From Balanoglossus misakiensis (Eukaryota; Animalia; Hemichordata), in contig CM082583.2 in the NCBI GenBank assembly GCA_040954595.2, forward strand, positions 9,410,254 through 9,474,253: a DNA stretch of 64,000 bases, written 5' to 3'. The notes below the pieces were generated by a model. The model was not told where the DNA came from. It made no database searches and saw only the letters and a program-made list of their open reading frames with translations. The position numbers and the translations under genes were made by a program. Within the stretch, counting starts at the first letter, position 1. Each line of letters begins with the position of its first letter. Positions 1-14,532 of the stretch are shown here, in pieces.

Positions 1-1377
1 CCATCAGGTGCAGTGCTTGAGGGAACTGTGCAAAACAAACCTGTCCATTCAGAATTTTCACAAAAGATTACCCAAAATAATTTATTAAAGAGTGCTAAGC
101 AAACGCGCCCATTTTATGGCAATGAATATGTAAAAAGCTTAAACAATGTCCAAGTCAGTGATGGAAGCTGAAGGCAGAGATGCCTGCGGGCTTTATCATT
201 TGGAACGCGAAAAATCATTTTTAACGCAAACACTAGTCTTTGCGTTTTGTTGGCACATTCAGAGGCGTTTATGAAAACACATCCAGTGAGGCGCGAGAAG
301 CAAAAATGATGCCGTGTGAATTGTGTGGTATTAGCAACAGATAAATGCCAGTAGCCAAAGTGTTCCTTTGATTCCTTTTTTAATAGCCTACAATAAAAGA
401 ATTTTCTTTCCCACTTGTTGTAACACAAGCTGTCTGATACTGTATTATTCCTATATTATGCCCCCCTGATACATTTCAGTGTAATTTGAAGCTCTCCCAG
501 ATATACATTTCTGGGTGGGGGTTTTCGCATTTCCAAAATTGAACAGCCAAATTACTACCCAATATAATTTTCCAATAACACCATTAATTATTGCTTTTGG
601 TAATTTGATATTATGCCTATACTCGTATATTAATTTATTGACTTGAAGGCCACGCCATGATCCCTGAGGATGGAGACAGCAAGGGACATAAAAAATGAAA
701 AATTAAAACATCGTTAAACAAATTTCAATTTTCAGAAAGCAGCTGTCATCCTTTTAATTAGTTTGATGTTCTGAACGATAATTATTCCTCTGGGAAAAGT
801 GCAAACGTTGTCATTTCTTCACATCTCCACTCCTAGGATTTTTTGTTGTTGCAAATGCCAGAGTATATGTTTCAGACAAATATAACAAATTAGCCATTTC
901 TTGAATTTGAATTTTATGACTCAGACTAGATCAAAACCAAAGGGTGATGTGTTTAATGACTGGGTTACACTATAGTTCTCACATCATATCTGATATCTTC
1001 ATCAGCTGTGGAAATCCCCATTTCATGTTTTTTATCATCATTCCAGATTTTCAAAGCTTCCAATCAAGTAGGGAGGGGTTGATTTGTTATTCTGAAGAAC
1101 TTTCCATTGTCCCGGACTGGCGCAAGTCAGCTGTGTGGTTTTATCTGGATTGTAATTTTTCACGATTACCATAATCCCATTGTCATGCGGCATAAGCGAT
1201 TTGAAATTGCCAAGTCTATTATTGGCTCATTCAGGCCGCTGAGGAACTGCTGTGTCATAAATAGTCGTCGCACTCAGGGGGCCCACGCCAGTTTTAAACT
1301 GCCAGTGGCTGTCGGCAGAGCAAGAGGCATATAGTCTTCCTTCAATACCCAATTCATCCATGGCTGCACTTGACATA

Positions 1378-1567
1378 CTGTAAAATGGGTTATTTTCGCG
1401 ATTTCAAAAGAGGCAACTGTTACGCAAGGATTAACTTTCGCCTTCTCGTATTTTACTAACTGCATCGTTATCTCCGAAAACATTTTACGCGACATTTTTT
1501 TCACTTTATTTTGGCTTTCGCGTATTTTGCGAAAATTTATTGCTCCCGAAAATAACCCGTTTTACAG
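1378..1567. mobile_element. Non-autonomous DNA transposon (MITE) with TA target-site duplication, Tc1/mariner-pogo-like
   Basis: Left end CTGTAAAATGGGTTATTTTCGCGA and right end TCCCGAAAATAACCCGTTTTACAG form 24-bp terminal inverted repeats with 2 mismatches. TA flanks both sides (1376-1377, 1568-1569). No coding capacity. Superfamily inferred from the TA duplication. Confidence 0.75.
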
Positions 1568-3067
1568 TATTTATCTATGTTGCCTCAAGAAAACAAGTGA
1601 ATCAGCCAAAATCTGTTATATTGTGTTCACTTTGTTCACATCTCAAAAAGTTAATAACTTCCCTCAAATTTTATGTTCCACTTCAGTCTTTTAGAATATG
1701 TAATTTTAACTGAGTTCGGTCAATAGGAAAATTTTAATTTTTTTTTCAAGGACAGCCTATCGATATCATCTGCAATTGTTTGTGCCAATTAATCATTTTT
1801 AATGGAGTTGTGGCTATGTGATCAAATGATACACGGTTATCATTATACCAATTATTAAATTTAGTCTCAAACGCCAACGCTGAATATTGCCCTAGGGATT
1901 AAGTCAGAAATTGTCAAGGCCCGCATTTGCCTGCATCACACAAAAACTGCATGTGGGAAAATTTACAAAGTTGCATGTCACTGAAAAATATATGCTGCAG
2001 ATTTGATAGAACGCTAATTTTTTTTATATAAAGTGTATAAAACATGATTGGCAGTTACAACTGTGTTGTTTTTGCATTTTATACCAGACAGTGGTAATAG
2101 ATCTCCGGCCCTGATCGTAAAATCCCAAGCTCTGCCCTGAGCAAGCAAGCCGATCCTAATGTTCAATCATGCTTTGCGATACATCAGCCTCACAGAAAAA
2201 AAAGCCTCGGAGATTTTAGCTCTCAACCGACGCAGAATACCGATTTGCTACTGGCAGACGAGAAGTCTGCAAAGGCATTTCATTTGCTGTTCGATCTCCG
2301 TGTAGTATTCAAAGCCACGGTGTAATTCTGTTGAAATGTTCAAGGATTCCTGGCCTCTGTTCCTGTTATCATTACATCAATAATCCTTAATCGTAATCCC
2401 TAAGTTACTCAAAATGAACACATGCATTGCTGGTTGCATCTTTGCTATTCTGGTGTCACGCTCCATATATTGCAGGCATGTTTTTTTTTCTATTTGAGAA
2501 TTTTCTCTTGGGTTCATAAAAAAGCATTCAGCAATAAAACACCATAGAAAAGAAACATGCTCTGATAGCAATCTTTTTGCCCAAAGTCTACTGTATATTT
2601 TGGCAAAAATTGAAGTTTTGTAGCAAATCTACGAAAAATGGGCAGGGGAGAGCTATTCAGTGTGAAGTTAGGAGGCCTTCAGGATAATCTGGTGTATCAG
2701 CTGAAGGTCTGAGGAAATGGTCGTAAATTTTGTTGGAGCTGGTGATGGGACTTAGGAAGAAGGTATATCACTCAGCTGGAGTGTAATGACCACTATAGCT
2801 TTGCTAATATTAGGCACCAGTGCTGACTGCCATCCTTGGATCATTTCCACATTTTACTCAATACTATTCGCTTGGTCTATTTCATTAACGTTATTACATG
2901 TATCATTTATTTAAAAAAAATTGACAATGTGCTTCTTTACTTTTTTTTTCTTTTTAAAAATAATAGATGGTCACATTGCCGGGTCTGTATAAAGATGAAG
3001 ATATTTGATTGTCTATTCTTCTTCCCAGTGCTAACTTTCAATTTTATTTTGTGTGGTGCGCTTTTTA

Positions 3068-3180
3068 TGGCAGTTTCAAATTTATAGGATCGCCTGCCAA
3101 ACCTTTGCTTGTGGTCCCTTGTGGCAGTTTCAAATCTGTAGGACGTACCCCCCGAAATATTCCACTGGTGGTCCCTTCTT
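3068..3180. repeat. Degenerate tandem repeat, unit ~54-57 bp, about 2 copies
   Basis: TGGCAGTTTCAAAT(T/C)T(A/G)TAGGA at 3068 and 3122; GTGGTCCCTT at 3111 and 3168. Confidence 0.55.
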
Positions 3181-6100
3181 GTGGTTGGAAATATTTGAAC
3201 ATCAGCCGCCGACGGCCTGCGCACGATTATATTACATTGATAAAGTTATCCCAAGACATCCCGCAGTTTACATAGCTAGGGGGAAAAATCAATAATTTCC
3301 CCCAGGCGATAGAGTGTTTCATAGATAATGTTGTAATTTCACTCACAACTAGTCTTCAGGGATTATATTTGCATTTTAAAAATCAATTAAAAGGCAAACT
3401 GTGAAAGTTTCCTGTAATTCTTGATGCCTTGTGTAAAAAATAAAATGTGTTGATCCACAGATAGTCAAAATACCCTGGACTAATCAATAGCTGCTTCAGT
3501 TCACAAATGAATATCATTTTCTCAGGCTTAAGTAAACAACTGGAAATTTTCAGACTTTTTAACTTTCCCCTGGGAACTTGATATATAATTCTTTTGGCTC
3601 TGATATCAGTTAGCAAATTTGCATAATTTGCATTTCATCAATTTTGATTTTTTTACAAGAGTCCTCTCAATATGCAAACCAACAATGAGCACAATTTTTT
3701 CAGAATGTGTGTTATATTATTATAACAGTGAAATACTGGGCTGAAGCACTGTAGTTTATTTCAACAATTTGGGGGGGGGGGGGGGAGTTGATCAAAAATT
3801 ATAATTAAAGCTACTTTTCATTTTATGGTGCAGAACCATCCATTTCAGGTAGAAGGGGGTGAAGACAACCCCATACTGTGACATTGATGTATTCTTAATG
3901 TATTTCCTGAAAAATTCACTAACGTATTATAATTATTTCAGTAACAGTTTCAGGCTGATAGCCTTTCAGCAATGACACAGTTCTCAATGCCAAGTGGGTG
4001 GGGCTTGCTGTAATTAACATTAAGTAGGGGAGGGAGTCCCAGTATCATTTTTTTCAAGCCCGATACACATGCATATCCGAGTAGGCCAGTTTGTCCTTGG
4101 TCTGATTACAAAATTTGGTGTGAAAATGTTTTGGCCATGCCGTCATCCATGCATACCCATTTTATTTTTCAACCATAACTCCAGAATATCAATATCAAGA
4201 TGACTCTTCATGGTTCGATCTCTCTTCATCTGAGACAATTGTAATCGTACAAGCTCCATATCTGAGACTTGTCCAAATCAGGAACTGACTAATTCACATT
4301 ACCGGTATGCTTCTGGTGTTAGCCTTGATCATGTGCTGATGTTTCAATGTCAGTAATCTAGCTTGAATACCAACGGAAATTATTTTTGGTAATTAATTGT
4401 CCTCATAAATTCTTCCTTGAAAATTCAGAAATAATTTCAGCCAGGCTGATCAGGGTAGAAAAAGAATGATGAAATGAAATGATCGAGTAATTGGGTTACA
4501 CACAGGAGAAATGGGCTGGCTGACAGTTGGGGGGAAATGTCACGGTTTTTCTGTTATATCTTCGGTATAGTATATGGGTCTTTAATAGCAGATGTCGACC
4601 TGAATTGGTCAACGTGTGTTTCTTGTAGACAATTAAATCTCCATTAAAACTTCACTCAATGGCCGAGCAAATCTAGAATGAAAAGGCAGAAAACCAAATA
4701 AACAGAGTAATACCATTTTGACAACAGTTCAATTGATGGGGTAGTATTGTGCCCCCTGGAGTCATTCCACCAGTGCTGCTCTTTTGTGTGGGTGGCAGGT
4801 TTTGGCGGGAAAATCAAGATTGAATGGCCGACAGTTCGACTTCAACCACGTGGGCTAGCTGTAATTTGTGGGAGCAGACAGAGACCGACACGCGGCAGAA
4901 ATGGCAAGGTCATTTGATGATGATCCAGCGGCAGAGTTAAGTTTCACTTTTGAGGACACGGTACTGGACAAATCACGAGTGCGATAAAAATTGTACTACG
5001 TGCGTGCACGCTCTGTGTGCATGTGAGATGATCGCCATTTATTTGAGAAATGATTAGAGTACATCCTCTTTTCACAGTAAACATGCACTGAACAAATGCC
5101 ACAATGGTCAGTCTTTCATGTGTAGGCTACTTTGCAATAAGCGTGATTGTATAGTCTGCCGCCAAAGCAGGTGTGGGAATTCTTTTCAATGAAGGACACA
5201 GAACTGCAACGTAAAATACTTAAATTGGCTTCAACCTATGTTGTGTCTGGTGAAACTTGAATGTTATAATTTTGAAATTTATTTCTGAAAGCTCAAAAAG
5301 TGATGCCATGATAATTCTGTGGATGTATGATGCACACAAATATTGTAAATTTTGAATTGGTGGGGAGGGGGGGGGGCATATTCTGACGGTTTCACACAGG
5401 TATGCTGTGATTTTGAATTTGAAGGAAATTAATGTGTATTTTACTACAGCTGTTTTGGTAGAAATTTTCAGAAAAATGCTGGTAGATTGTGTGATAATGA
5501 TAGCAATTTCATCCTCTACAAAATGGTGGGAAATTTGAACTATATTTAGTAAATATGTCATAAAAGGAATTAATTGGAACATTTTTGAAGAAAAAAACTC
5601 GCATATCCAAAGTTTATAGCTTTGCTATCCTCCATCATCACAGCTGAGAATTTCATCACATGGTGAAGATGTTGCTTTTGTAATTTATCTCCATGTTTTC
5701 ACAATTAAGGGATAGGGATTTAATTGAGGTTCTTTTTGTACTTTCCATTCATAGTCCATTGTGAAGCTTGACCTGCAGGCCTTTTCGTATGCAAATTATT
5801 GGATCTCCCCTGCACACGTGGTGTTGGATTTCGAGCCGGTTGTATTGATCGGCGCGCTCCCACGTGGCTCAGGCACAGTGAGTTCACTGTGATATTCCAA
5901 GGGCACTGCAGTTTTTGGACCCTTAGTGCAAATTTGGGATTATAACAGCGTCAACATTTGTTCAACTGGGTGGGAAATACTCACTGCTTGACCCCAGCAA
6001 TCTCGGTGCGAATGCTGAAATAGGGTTCACAAATGAGCGGCTAAAAAAAGTACAGTATATAATACGTGCAGATTTCCATTTAATCTATAATGCATCAAGC

Positions 6101-9100
6101 TTCAATATCCCAGAGATTATTGAACTACATATTGTGCCAATATTAAATGAGGATATATTTTACTGGAAAGTTACTGGTAATTCAGGTACTCTGGTATTGA
6201 AATCAAACAATTATTATTCACACATTCACACACTCTGGGTAAATTTAATTCACAGCAGTGAAATTCTACTAACTTTTTACATCAGGAAATAAAAATTTTA
6301 GACGTTGATGACACTGTGTTTTAGGCAATATTGGGCAATCGAGAGTCTCAAATGAACTTCTTTTTTCCCGGATATATACCTTCCTGGAGAAACGAAGACA
6401 TTCCAATTTGCAATACAGTCAGGGATAATCGGGAGCCTAAGTGTCATTGAATTTCCCTGCGAGTCCAGGTTTTGATTTTGCCAGGGGTTTGATTATATTG
6501 AAGACCACCACAAGAAAAATCAATGGGTGGCAATATTACTTGGGTGGTGATAGCTGTGGAGCGCATCACAGGGCCTCGGGATTTGTTTCTGACAATCAAA
6601 TGATTTCTACGATAAACATCTTTGACAATAATTCCAATCCGCCAGCAGCTTTGGCCCTCCACCCCTCCCCCCACCCTCCCTCCCTCTCCCACAACTGCAT
6701 ATTTTTCCGCTGTTTAAAGCTTATATTGATTTGGAGTTTGAGTCAGATTTCCATTAGTGTGCATAAGAAATAGTGAGTATTCAACAATATTGATTTTTTT
6801 CTCTCTCTCAATGTCCCTGAAACCGCTTTTATTCCCGAGTTTTTGTGTCGGCGCTGGAATATTATAGCCTTTCGTCTGGGGTCGGCAGAACAGAAACTTT
6901 AATAAAGCATGATGTTCACATTGCCATTTGATTTCTATTTCTGTAATATCCCCAGCTGCGAACGGGATTCCGTCGATCAAACGTGTGACCTCTCCAGTTT
7001 GACCCCAACTCCCTAGCATCGTGATAATTTAAAATAAATAAGGAATACACGGTCTAACTGTCTGCACATTATTATGAGGCAGTCAACGATGATATTACAG
7101 CACCGTCTAAAATAACATCTTCCACGCAAACACATCCAAATGTGCCAATATTCTCCATTTTCGATTTTTACTCGTTTTAATTATCAAGTGGAGTCATTAA
7201 TATCATCACTAAATATTTTAATAAAATTTTGAAAACTACACCCATTTTATCTGATAAGGTTTTCTCCTGTATTGGCTTTTTTTATTCTTTTCTGACGTTT
7301 GCCCAAATTCCTACACTTATCCCGTTGCAACTCTGCATCCGAACAGAAACATTTAAGGAATTTCAAAAAGCCTACAAGCATGAAGTCGGCCTCGTCACAG
7401 CCATTTTACATACTTTATTGCTGCAACTGAAATAGGATGAACGCTGACCTTGGAGTGTATTAAGCTGATATTCAAATATGTCAGTTTTTATGAATAAATT
7501 CCAGCATAGTAGTCATGTTTATTTCAGAGGAATGACAAAAAAATTCCAATTTGCAGAAGATGAGCCAAGCGCATGAACTGGTCATCAGCTGTCAAAACTT
7601 GCCCCTCCCAGTGCATGCATATTGAATCTCAAAAATTTAATGTTATCAGTTGGATCCATCTTCTCTACTTTATTTTTAAAATGTTGTCAATACAGTCACA
7701 TTTTCGAATGGAAACAATGTATTCACTGAATTGCTTTTCTGTATCTGAGGCTCGATATGTTTCATTTTAATGATGTAAGTTTTAACAGTTTCTTCACTGG
7801 AAATGCCGGACAAAATAATAAAGAAGAGTTACAACTACAACCACCCTGGTGAAGATTCCACAAGTTTATACAAATATTGTAATACACTTGTAACATACTT
7901 CATGCGAGTAACACAATTGGCCCACATTTCACAACCATCCTGTTAAAAACACACTAGCATGTACCAAATTGGCCCAAATCTAGTGCATTCTAGACTAGCT
8001 AGGCCACAACTAAATACTCATGATAAACCAGAAACGCTATAAAGCTCCGAAGTGATTTAATTCTAAGGTTTCAACAGTTTTAAGCATGACACTATTGCAC
8101 ACTTCATACAGAAAACTGAAACCACTTGAAAGCCCTAAACCCTGTCACCTGATCGGGTGATCACAAACAAAGCAGGTTGTAGTGTCACATTAGAATTTCC
8201 TTGCAAGACCTGATCTCTCTTTTTAAATATAAAACATTCACTGGTAACTTTTTATTAGTCATCACTGGTGTTTGTACTGTGAGTTGCATCGATGCATATG
8301 ATTATCCAGAGAGTTATGTCAATAAATTAAAGCATGCAATTTTCCTTCTCTGATTCAATACTGAATGCATGAGTTTTATCTTTTGCTACAAAACAATTAC
8401 ACATGCAAGAAGACCACTTGGTTCTCATCATTTGGAATACAATCAAGCTTCTCAAGAAAACGGCTAGACATCAGGTGAGAGTGGATTGCGCTAACATGGA
8501 CCCAATTGGCAAAGGCTGAAACTCATAAAACCTGTCACTAAAGTGCATGGAATTTCAGAATCTGACTCGACCTAGCCTCATGTGTTACAATGTCGGACAT
8601 TTGCAGGTTGTTGGGGGAATTGTTTATAAAAATGAAGCCAGCATTCTAGGGCAGACCGACCGAGCCTTTCAGATTGACGTACATGCCACAGGTATAAATT
8701 ATGGAACTTTTTATGATCAATTATGAACAATTTATTCAGCCTTAGATTCTCTTTTGAAGTTATAATGACTGCACCTTTTTTTCTCAAGGCAGAAAAGAAC
8801 ATTCCCCTTTCAAAACATTAGTGACAGTTATGTCACGGCGTGGCTGTCTGGGGTTTTGTGAAGGGTCTTCAGTTATGGCTTGTCGGACACCTTTTTTACA
8901 AGTGTTTTTATGTACACTTCTAGTCCGCCGACTACACAGCAAATCATTGTTAGGCCACTGGGTGAGTCTGTTATCACAACCCAAATACATTTATTTTCAT
9001 TTGCGTTGTTCCAGTCATTCATAAAAGCTGCTTGGACAGCGAAAATGCAAACATGTCTGAGTCGGTGGGGCATTGTCTGCAGAAGGCAAAGTTTACGCTT

Positions 9101-12100
9101 TATAATTCTGAGGGATGGTAATTCGAGAGCAAGGCGTTTAAAACTGAAAGGGAACAAAGACTTCGCTCCCATGCAACCATGCCACCCCCTTCTTGGGAGA
9201 CAAATCTCAAACAGTTTGAAAATAATAATGTCTTGTTCAGGTGTTGTTTTATTTGTGTACACGTGGAGTCCTGCTTACAATGGCATGGAGAGAAAAAAAG
9301 CAAGGGGGGGGGGGGACTCTTGAAGTGAAAAGGCTGAATTGTATACAAACTAGTGAAAAGCTGGTTAATCTTGTGTGGAGGAGGATTGAACTGAAAAGAG
9401 GGGAAACTCCCAAGAGTGAATGTGTCATTAAATTAAAAAAAAAAGATAATGTTAGTCCAGGTTGTTCATCCAGCAAAAGATAAAAACAGCAGACGAAAAC
9501 CACTTGTTAGCTCAGGGTAATTTTGTTAACAAGGAATGCAATAGGCTGTCAACACTTCTTTCAGGTATAGGCAGTGTTGCGAATTGGTATGCGAATGGAT
9601 CTCATTGACACACTTTTTATTGTCGTCATAGGTGAGAAATATTAAAGTGCTTTACTTTTCTATTCAACAGCATGTCACATGCCAACACATGAACACTGGT
9701 AACTTAACAACATTCCTTTTTTCCCCCTCGAGTAATTATGCGCCTCATTTTTTCCCTTTGGCATGTAGCAGCACGCTTCGTCTCCTCGTGAATTGTCAAG
9801 TTCTTGTGGGAACTACCAGTAGAGACTTTGGCGCTATTCCGCCGGGGGGGGGGGGGGGGGGGGTAATTAGTGATTGTAAGAGCTGAGACCATGTGGCTTA
9901 ACTTTTGTGTGGCTTCTACCATGCCACACCAAGGGGAAAATTCACATGTGATCTATAAATACATGACAATTCTCCACCTCCAAGTTGACTAACAATCATG
10001 TCAGTAGAATAAATTTGTGATTTCCTTTTCAAACCCATTTATACCCTGAATAAACAGGTAAATAGTTGTAAAATGTAATAAAATGTGTTAAGGGCTATAA
10101 AGGAAGGCTGGAGAAGTCTGAGATTTATGGCAAAGAAAGTGTCATTGCTGCTGACAACGGGATTAGCACAGGCAATTTTGTCTTGAAATTAATGTTGCTT
10201 CAAGGTGATCGAGTGTGGTTGTTTGCATAACAACTCTTAACATATCCTTTATAATAACGACTTTTGTGGTGGTTCATGCCTATAGCCAAACTGCAGGCTG
10301 CACTGTTGCAAAAACTGTGTGCACAAAATGTGCACATGCTTTGCAGTATTATAAATCATGCTTTGCCTGTTCTGTTCTGTAACCATGTCACGGTGGTAAT
10401 TAAAAATCAATCCTGGCATCTTGTTAAAAATAGCATCGCGGCTAAATGTTAATGTGGAATTCGCAGGTAGATGTGTGGATGCATGTTTTGTGCATGCATT
10501 GCGTACGAATTAAATTTAGCAGACTAGTGTTTATGATGCCAATTTTTTTGCAAGATCTATTTTTAAACTCTGAATCTGGCTGTTCAGACAATATTAACTA
10601 TTTCCTATAAATTTGACTTAATACTTAGGCTTTGTGGTCTGCTTTGGCCATTTGCAGTTCTGAATAAACATACGCATGTATGCAACCTGCAGAAATTGTT
10701 GATAAAATTTGGGGCAGGAAATTGGGCACTGATTATGCAGGGTAAAAATAGTAAGAACTTAAAATGATCAAAAGGAGAATTTACAGTGTCAATTCTCATC
10801 TGGTGTGTTCACCTACAGAGTGCCAATTGTACAATCTATATAGCCAACGTGTTTGGAATAAAGACATAGACTATAAAACCCGACATCAGACAAACACACC
10901 ACTGTTTTTTTTCTCTATCAGCAACCAGTTATGCATACCAAATATTATCTTCTTGAGTTCAAACCACTAGTCTGCAGCATTTCATGTATATGCACACACA
11001 GTGTTGTCTGTCTGTATGAGCCTTAGCTACCTCAAGATCAATTGAATTCTTTGTAATGTGTGTTTGGTATGCAAAGTGCATTTCGGGCAGCCGCGTCCCT
11101 GATCTGTATGGCGAGCTCAGCTCAATTCACACCAATAGCTTTTTGATGTCCCCTATTGCTATTAAAATGCCGCCACCCACTCCTTCCAAATGTTTTGTCA
11201 GCACACACCATTAAAATGTTCTTCAGAAGGGTACCTCACTGAAGTTACACACAAGCAAAATTTTGTCATTTCTTTCTATGATAAAAAGAAAACCATGAAA
11301 AAATATCAGATCGCACGAGAAAAAAGAAACTTGTGGATTTTAATTAATCAAAAACACATTTCTGTTACATGTATATTCATTTATGTCATCTATAATTATA
11401 ACAATGAATTCTATATTTTCGGGCTAATTAAAATTATTCAAATGAGGTATAAACTACTTTTATCTCAAGGACATATGAAAGAAAGTACAAAAGCATCCAA
11501 ACAGAGGCAAGAAATGTTCCTCTTCATAAAAAAAAGTACTGGTATAATTTATGTAAATTTATGGTAAACAAATAACTTTTTATGAGTGGCCAGCAAGTGA
11601 CTGGGAGACAGCCAGCAACAATCACATTCATAGCGGACACAAACTATAGAGGTCCTGACACATCCATGCAGACAGAGAGACTTGGCAACTTGCCCTGATA
11701 AGGGGATTGATTTTATGTTTGCAATGTAAAATCAGACTTTGGCAAACGGGAGTGGCCGCACTGGACAGATACTCTGTGATGCAACGGTATCCAAGGATAT
11801 TATGGAAACTGATTCACCAGATGCATCATGGAGGAAAATGATCACGCTTTAAATAGGTGTATAGACCCATCAAAGCTTTTGTATTCCTCAGACATCAATA
11901 AAACTGCCGAGAAAAATATGGTATAAATTAAATACAAAATAGGAAGTAAAATTATCTTATTACAAACACAGCCCGAGAGCATATGTGCTGCATTGAAATA
12001 GACAAAAACTGTAGATGTGTTTGGATTGTTATTACCGGTACACGAATTAATACAACAGGTCTGTCACAGGGACTGTGGTTATACAAAACAAACAATTTTA

Positions 12101-12666
12101 AAAAATTATGTGACTTTGACTTTGTGATATTGATGTTCCAATTTCTCATCCTTTTCACTGGAAACTAGTTACAGATTGCTTCTTCACGAGTTATTACAAG
12201 TTATAAATTACCACAGATAACATTCATTTGTCCACGTCTGTGATTTTCCCCGTTTTCAGCTTTTATTTGAATAAGCCCACAAACATGAAAAGTAGATTAA
12301 ACGTCTATCACTGACAGAGGAAATAATGTTATATAATTTTGAAAAGGTGAAAGTTAAACAATAACCCAAACATGTGTCAACATGTTTTTCATACAGATAA
12401 AAAACAGTATATAAGGGGCACCCCTTTCATGTTCAAATTTATGACACTGAATACCAATAAGTAGTTCCCAACTTTTCTATTTGTATGTTGATTCTTGCAT
12501 ACAAATGATTCTGTCATGTCACATGCATGAAACAGCGTGCGAATTTCCAGGCAAGGCTGCTGGCCATGTTTATGTATGAACTTGCATAACATTGCATGGT
12601 AGGCTGTGTGAATACCCGGTACCCACCCCGCCTGGCAATGCAATGGATGCAGGGCAGCCATTGACT

Positions 12667-12680
12667 GTTGCCATGGAAAC
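12667..12680. promoter_or_regulatory. RFX X-box upstream of MEX3
   Basis: GTTGCCATGGAAAC matches the X-box consensus GTTNCCATGGNAAC; ~1.85 kb upstream of the MEX3 ATG. Function not demonstrated. Confidence 0.45.
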
Positions 12681-14006
12681 GGTTCTGCTGATCATGGCCA
12701 TATACATGTGGGACTGTCTGGGCATGTTTGTTCAGTCCAAAAACATTCAATTCGTCCGATTTTTGAGCTTCGGTCTTTTGATTGCCCTTGTCAGACGCTG
12801 CGCGACATGTTGAGCCCCGCACGTGTGTAACCCCTGCGGTGATTTTGTAAGGCTTCGCTATGGCTGAACATCCTGCCATGCCATGCCCCGGCCAAAGTTT
12901 GCGCATTGCTCAGCCAATGCAGTTTCACGTTTATAACGACTACCTGATCACCGATGACATGGGTCGAAATCTTATTTTATTTCCCCGTACGTGTCACGCT
13001 CCGGGTCGACCTGCCTCGTTTCGATTGGTTTTGCCAATTTTTAAGCGTAAAGTTTATGCGATGAACGCATCCAGTCCGACTACCCCCCCCCCCGTTGTCA
13101 CGGCAACGGCCGCGCAAAGTCGTGGATGGAAATCCGGACCGCATCCTCAGAATTTCATCAGCATGTAGTAACACGAAGCGATGTCGAGCTGTTGTCGGTA
13201 TTTCGAGACCTATCAAGCGGTTCACACAGCTCCAACATCACGCACGTTTTATATAGAAGTGTGATCGCTGTGTGGCGCGTTCCTTGATGAAATGCGGTGG
13301 ATCGGCGCGCAACGCATGACCTACATCAACGCGTGTTCGAAATTAGAAATGATACAACGCAATGCCCCCCCATAAATATTTATAAATATTCACCATTTTC
13401 CCTTGAATTATCGGTCTAATTATAGACATGGTTTGCATAAAATCACCGACTAGAATTCCACAATACTTCTAGTTTTTTTTTATTATTAACAAAAGTACAT
13501 TCACACGTGAAGTAATCCCCACCATGTCGGAGTCGACTGCCGAGAACTTGAAACTGAAAACATGTTCAAGTAAAAACTGTAAATTGTATTCACTGTGCTC
13601 TTGCCATAATCACCGTTATCCATACCCATACATATCTATATCTAGCTTCAATTCGCCATTCCCATCACCAGTCAAATATTCAATGTAACCTGGGACCTAT
13701 GCACTGCTTGCAAAGTCCCATACTGAGTAATCAGTTTTTAGGTGTGGTTGTGCGAGTGTAAACATCGTTTCAGATACTGTGTTGCGTCATTTGCAGTTAT
13801 AAAAGCCATGGTTTCACGTCTCCCGCGTCTTAAAATGCGCAGTCTTCATTCAATACAGCTATACAGCACATTAAGCGACAAGAAATTTCACGGAGAAATC
13901 GGTGCCGCCTGTGTCTGGGCGAGATGGTCGAATTTCTTTAGTCAAATTTCAGATTTGTCATGCCAGTCTGCCCCGCCAAAATTAGACACACCTTGGATAC
14001 ATTGTT

Positions 14007-14357
14007 GGCCAATCAACGTTACTTATTTATATCATGTGATCCAGAATAGGCATCTCAGTTTGTGGCCTCCGCAAGCCTTTGAGGTTTTGTATCGAGGCAT
14101 GCGATTCGCTACTTTTTGTGACGAATATTTTTTGTCAGGTGGCATTTTTCAGGTACAATTTTTGTAACGCGCTACTTTTCGGCATTTCAAAATGGCTACC
14201 ATTCCCATGCAGACGTGTGGCAACTTGGCTCTGTTATCGTGGCTACCTCAATTGTCAGGGTAAGACTGACATCCCAAACTTTCTGAATGTTACATTGGCC
14301 AATCAGCCATTTTGTAAGAAGATACTCTGATATGGTTCATTGAGCCGTGACGTCACG
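14007..14357 (+). promoter_or_regulatory. MEX3 proximal promoter (CCAAT boxes plus palindromic CRE)
   Basis: GGCCAATCAA at 14007-14016; ATTGGCCAATCAG at 14294-14306 (NF-Y consensus, CCAAT on both strands); perfect 12-bp palindrome CGTGACGTCACG at 14346-14357 containing TGACGTCA, ~175 nt before the ATG. Confidence 0.6.
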
Positions 14358-14532
14358 AGCACATTTTGACTGTACTGCAGTTAGATTCGGGCTTAGTGAG
14401 GCAGTGAGCGGTTTTGCCGCGCACGGTGTAGCACGGCCTGTTCGTCGCCAATAACTCACAGAAGACCTCTAAAAATTTACCTTTATTTTTATATATTTAC
14501 CCAGTTTTTGTACTCCTGTCCCTTTCCCAATC

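Noticed and set aside
114-13740. Numerous 60-150 aa ORFs in the first 14 kb (and likewise 17-45 kb)
   Set aside because: No recognisable domains, compositions typical of random AT-rich DNA, and no consistent exon chain could be built.
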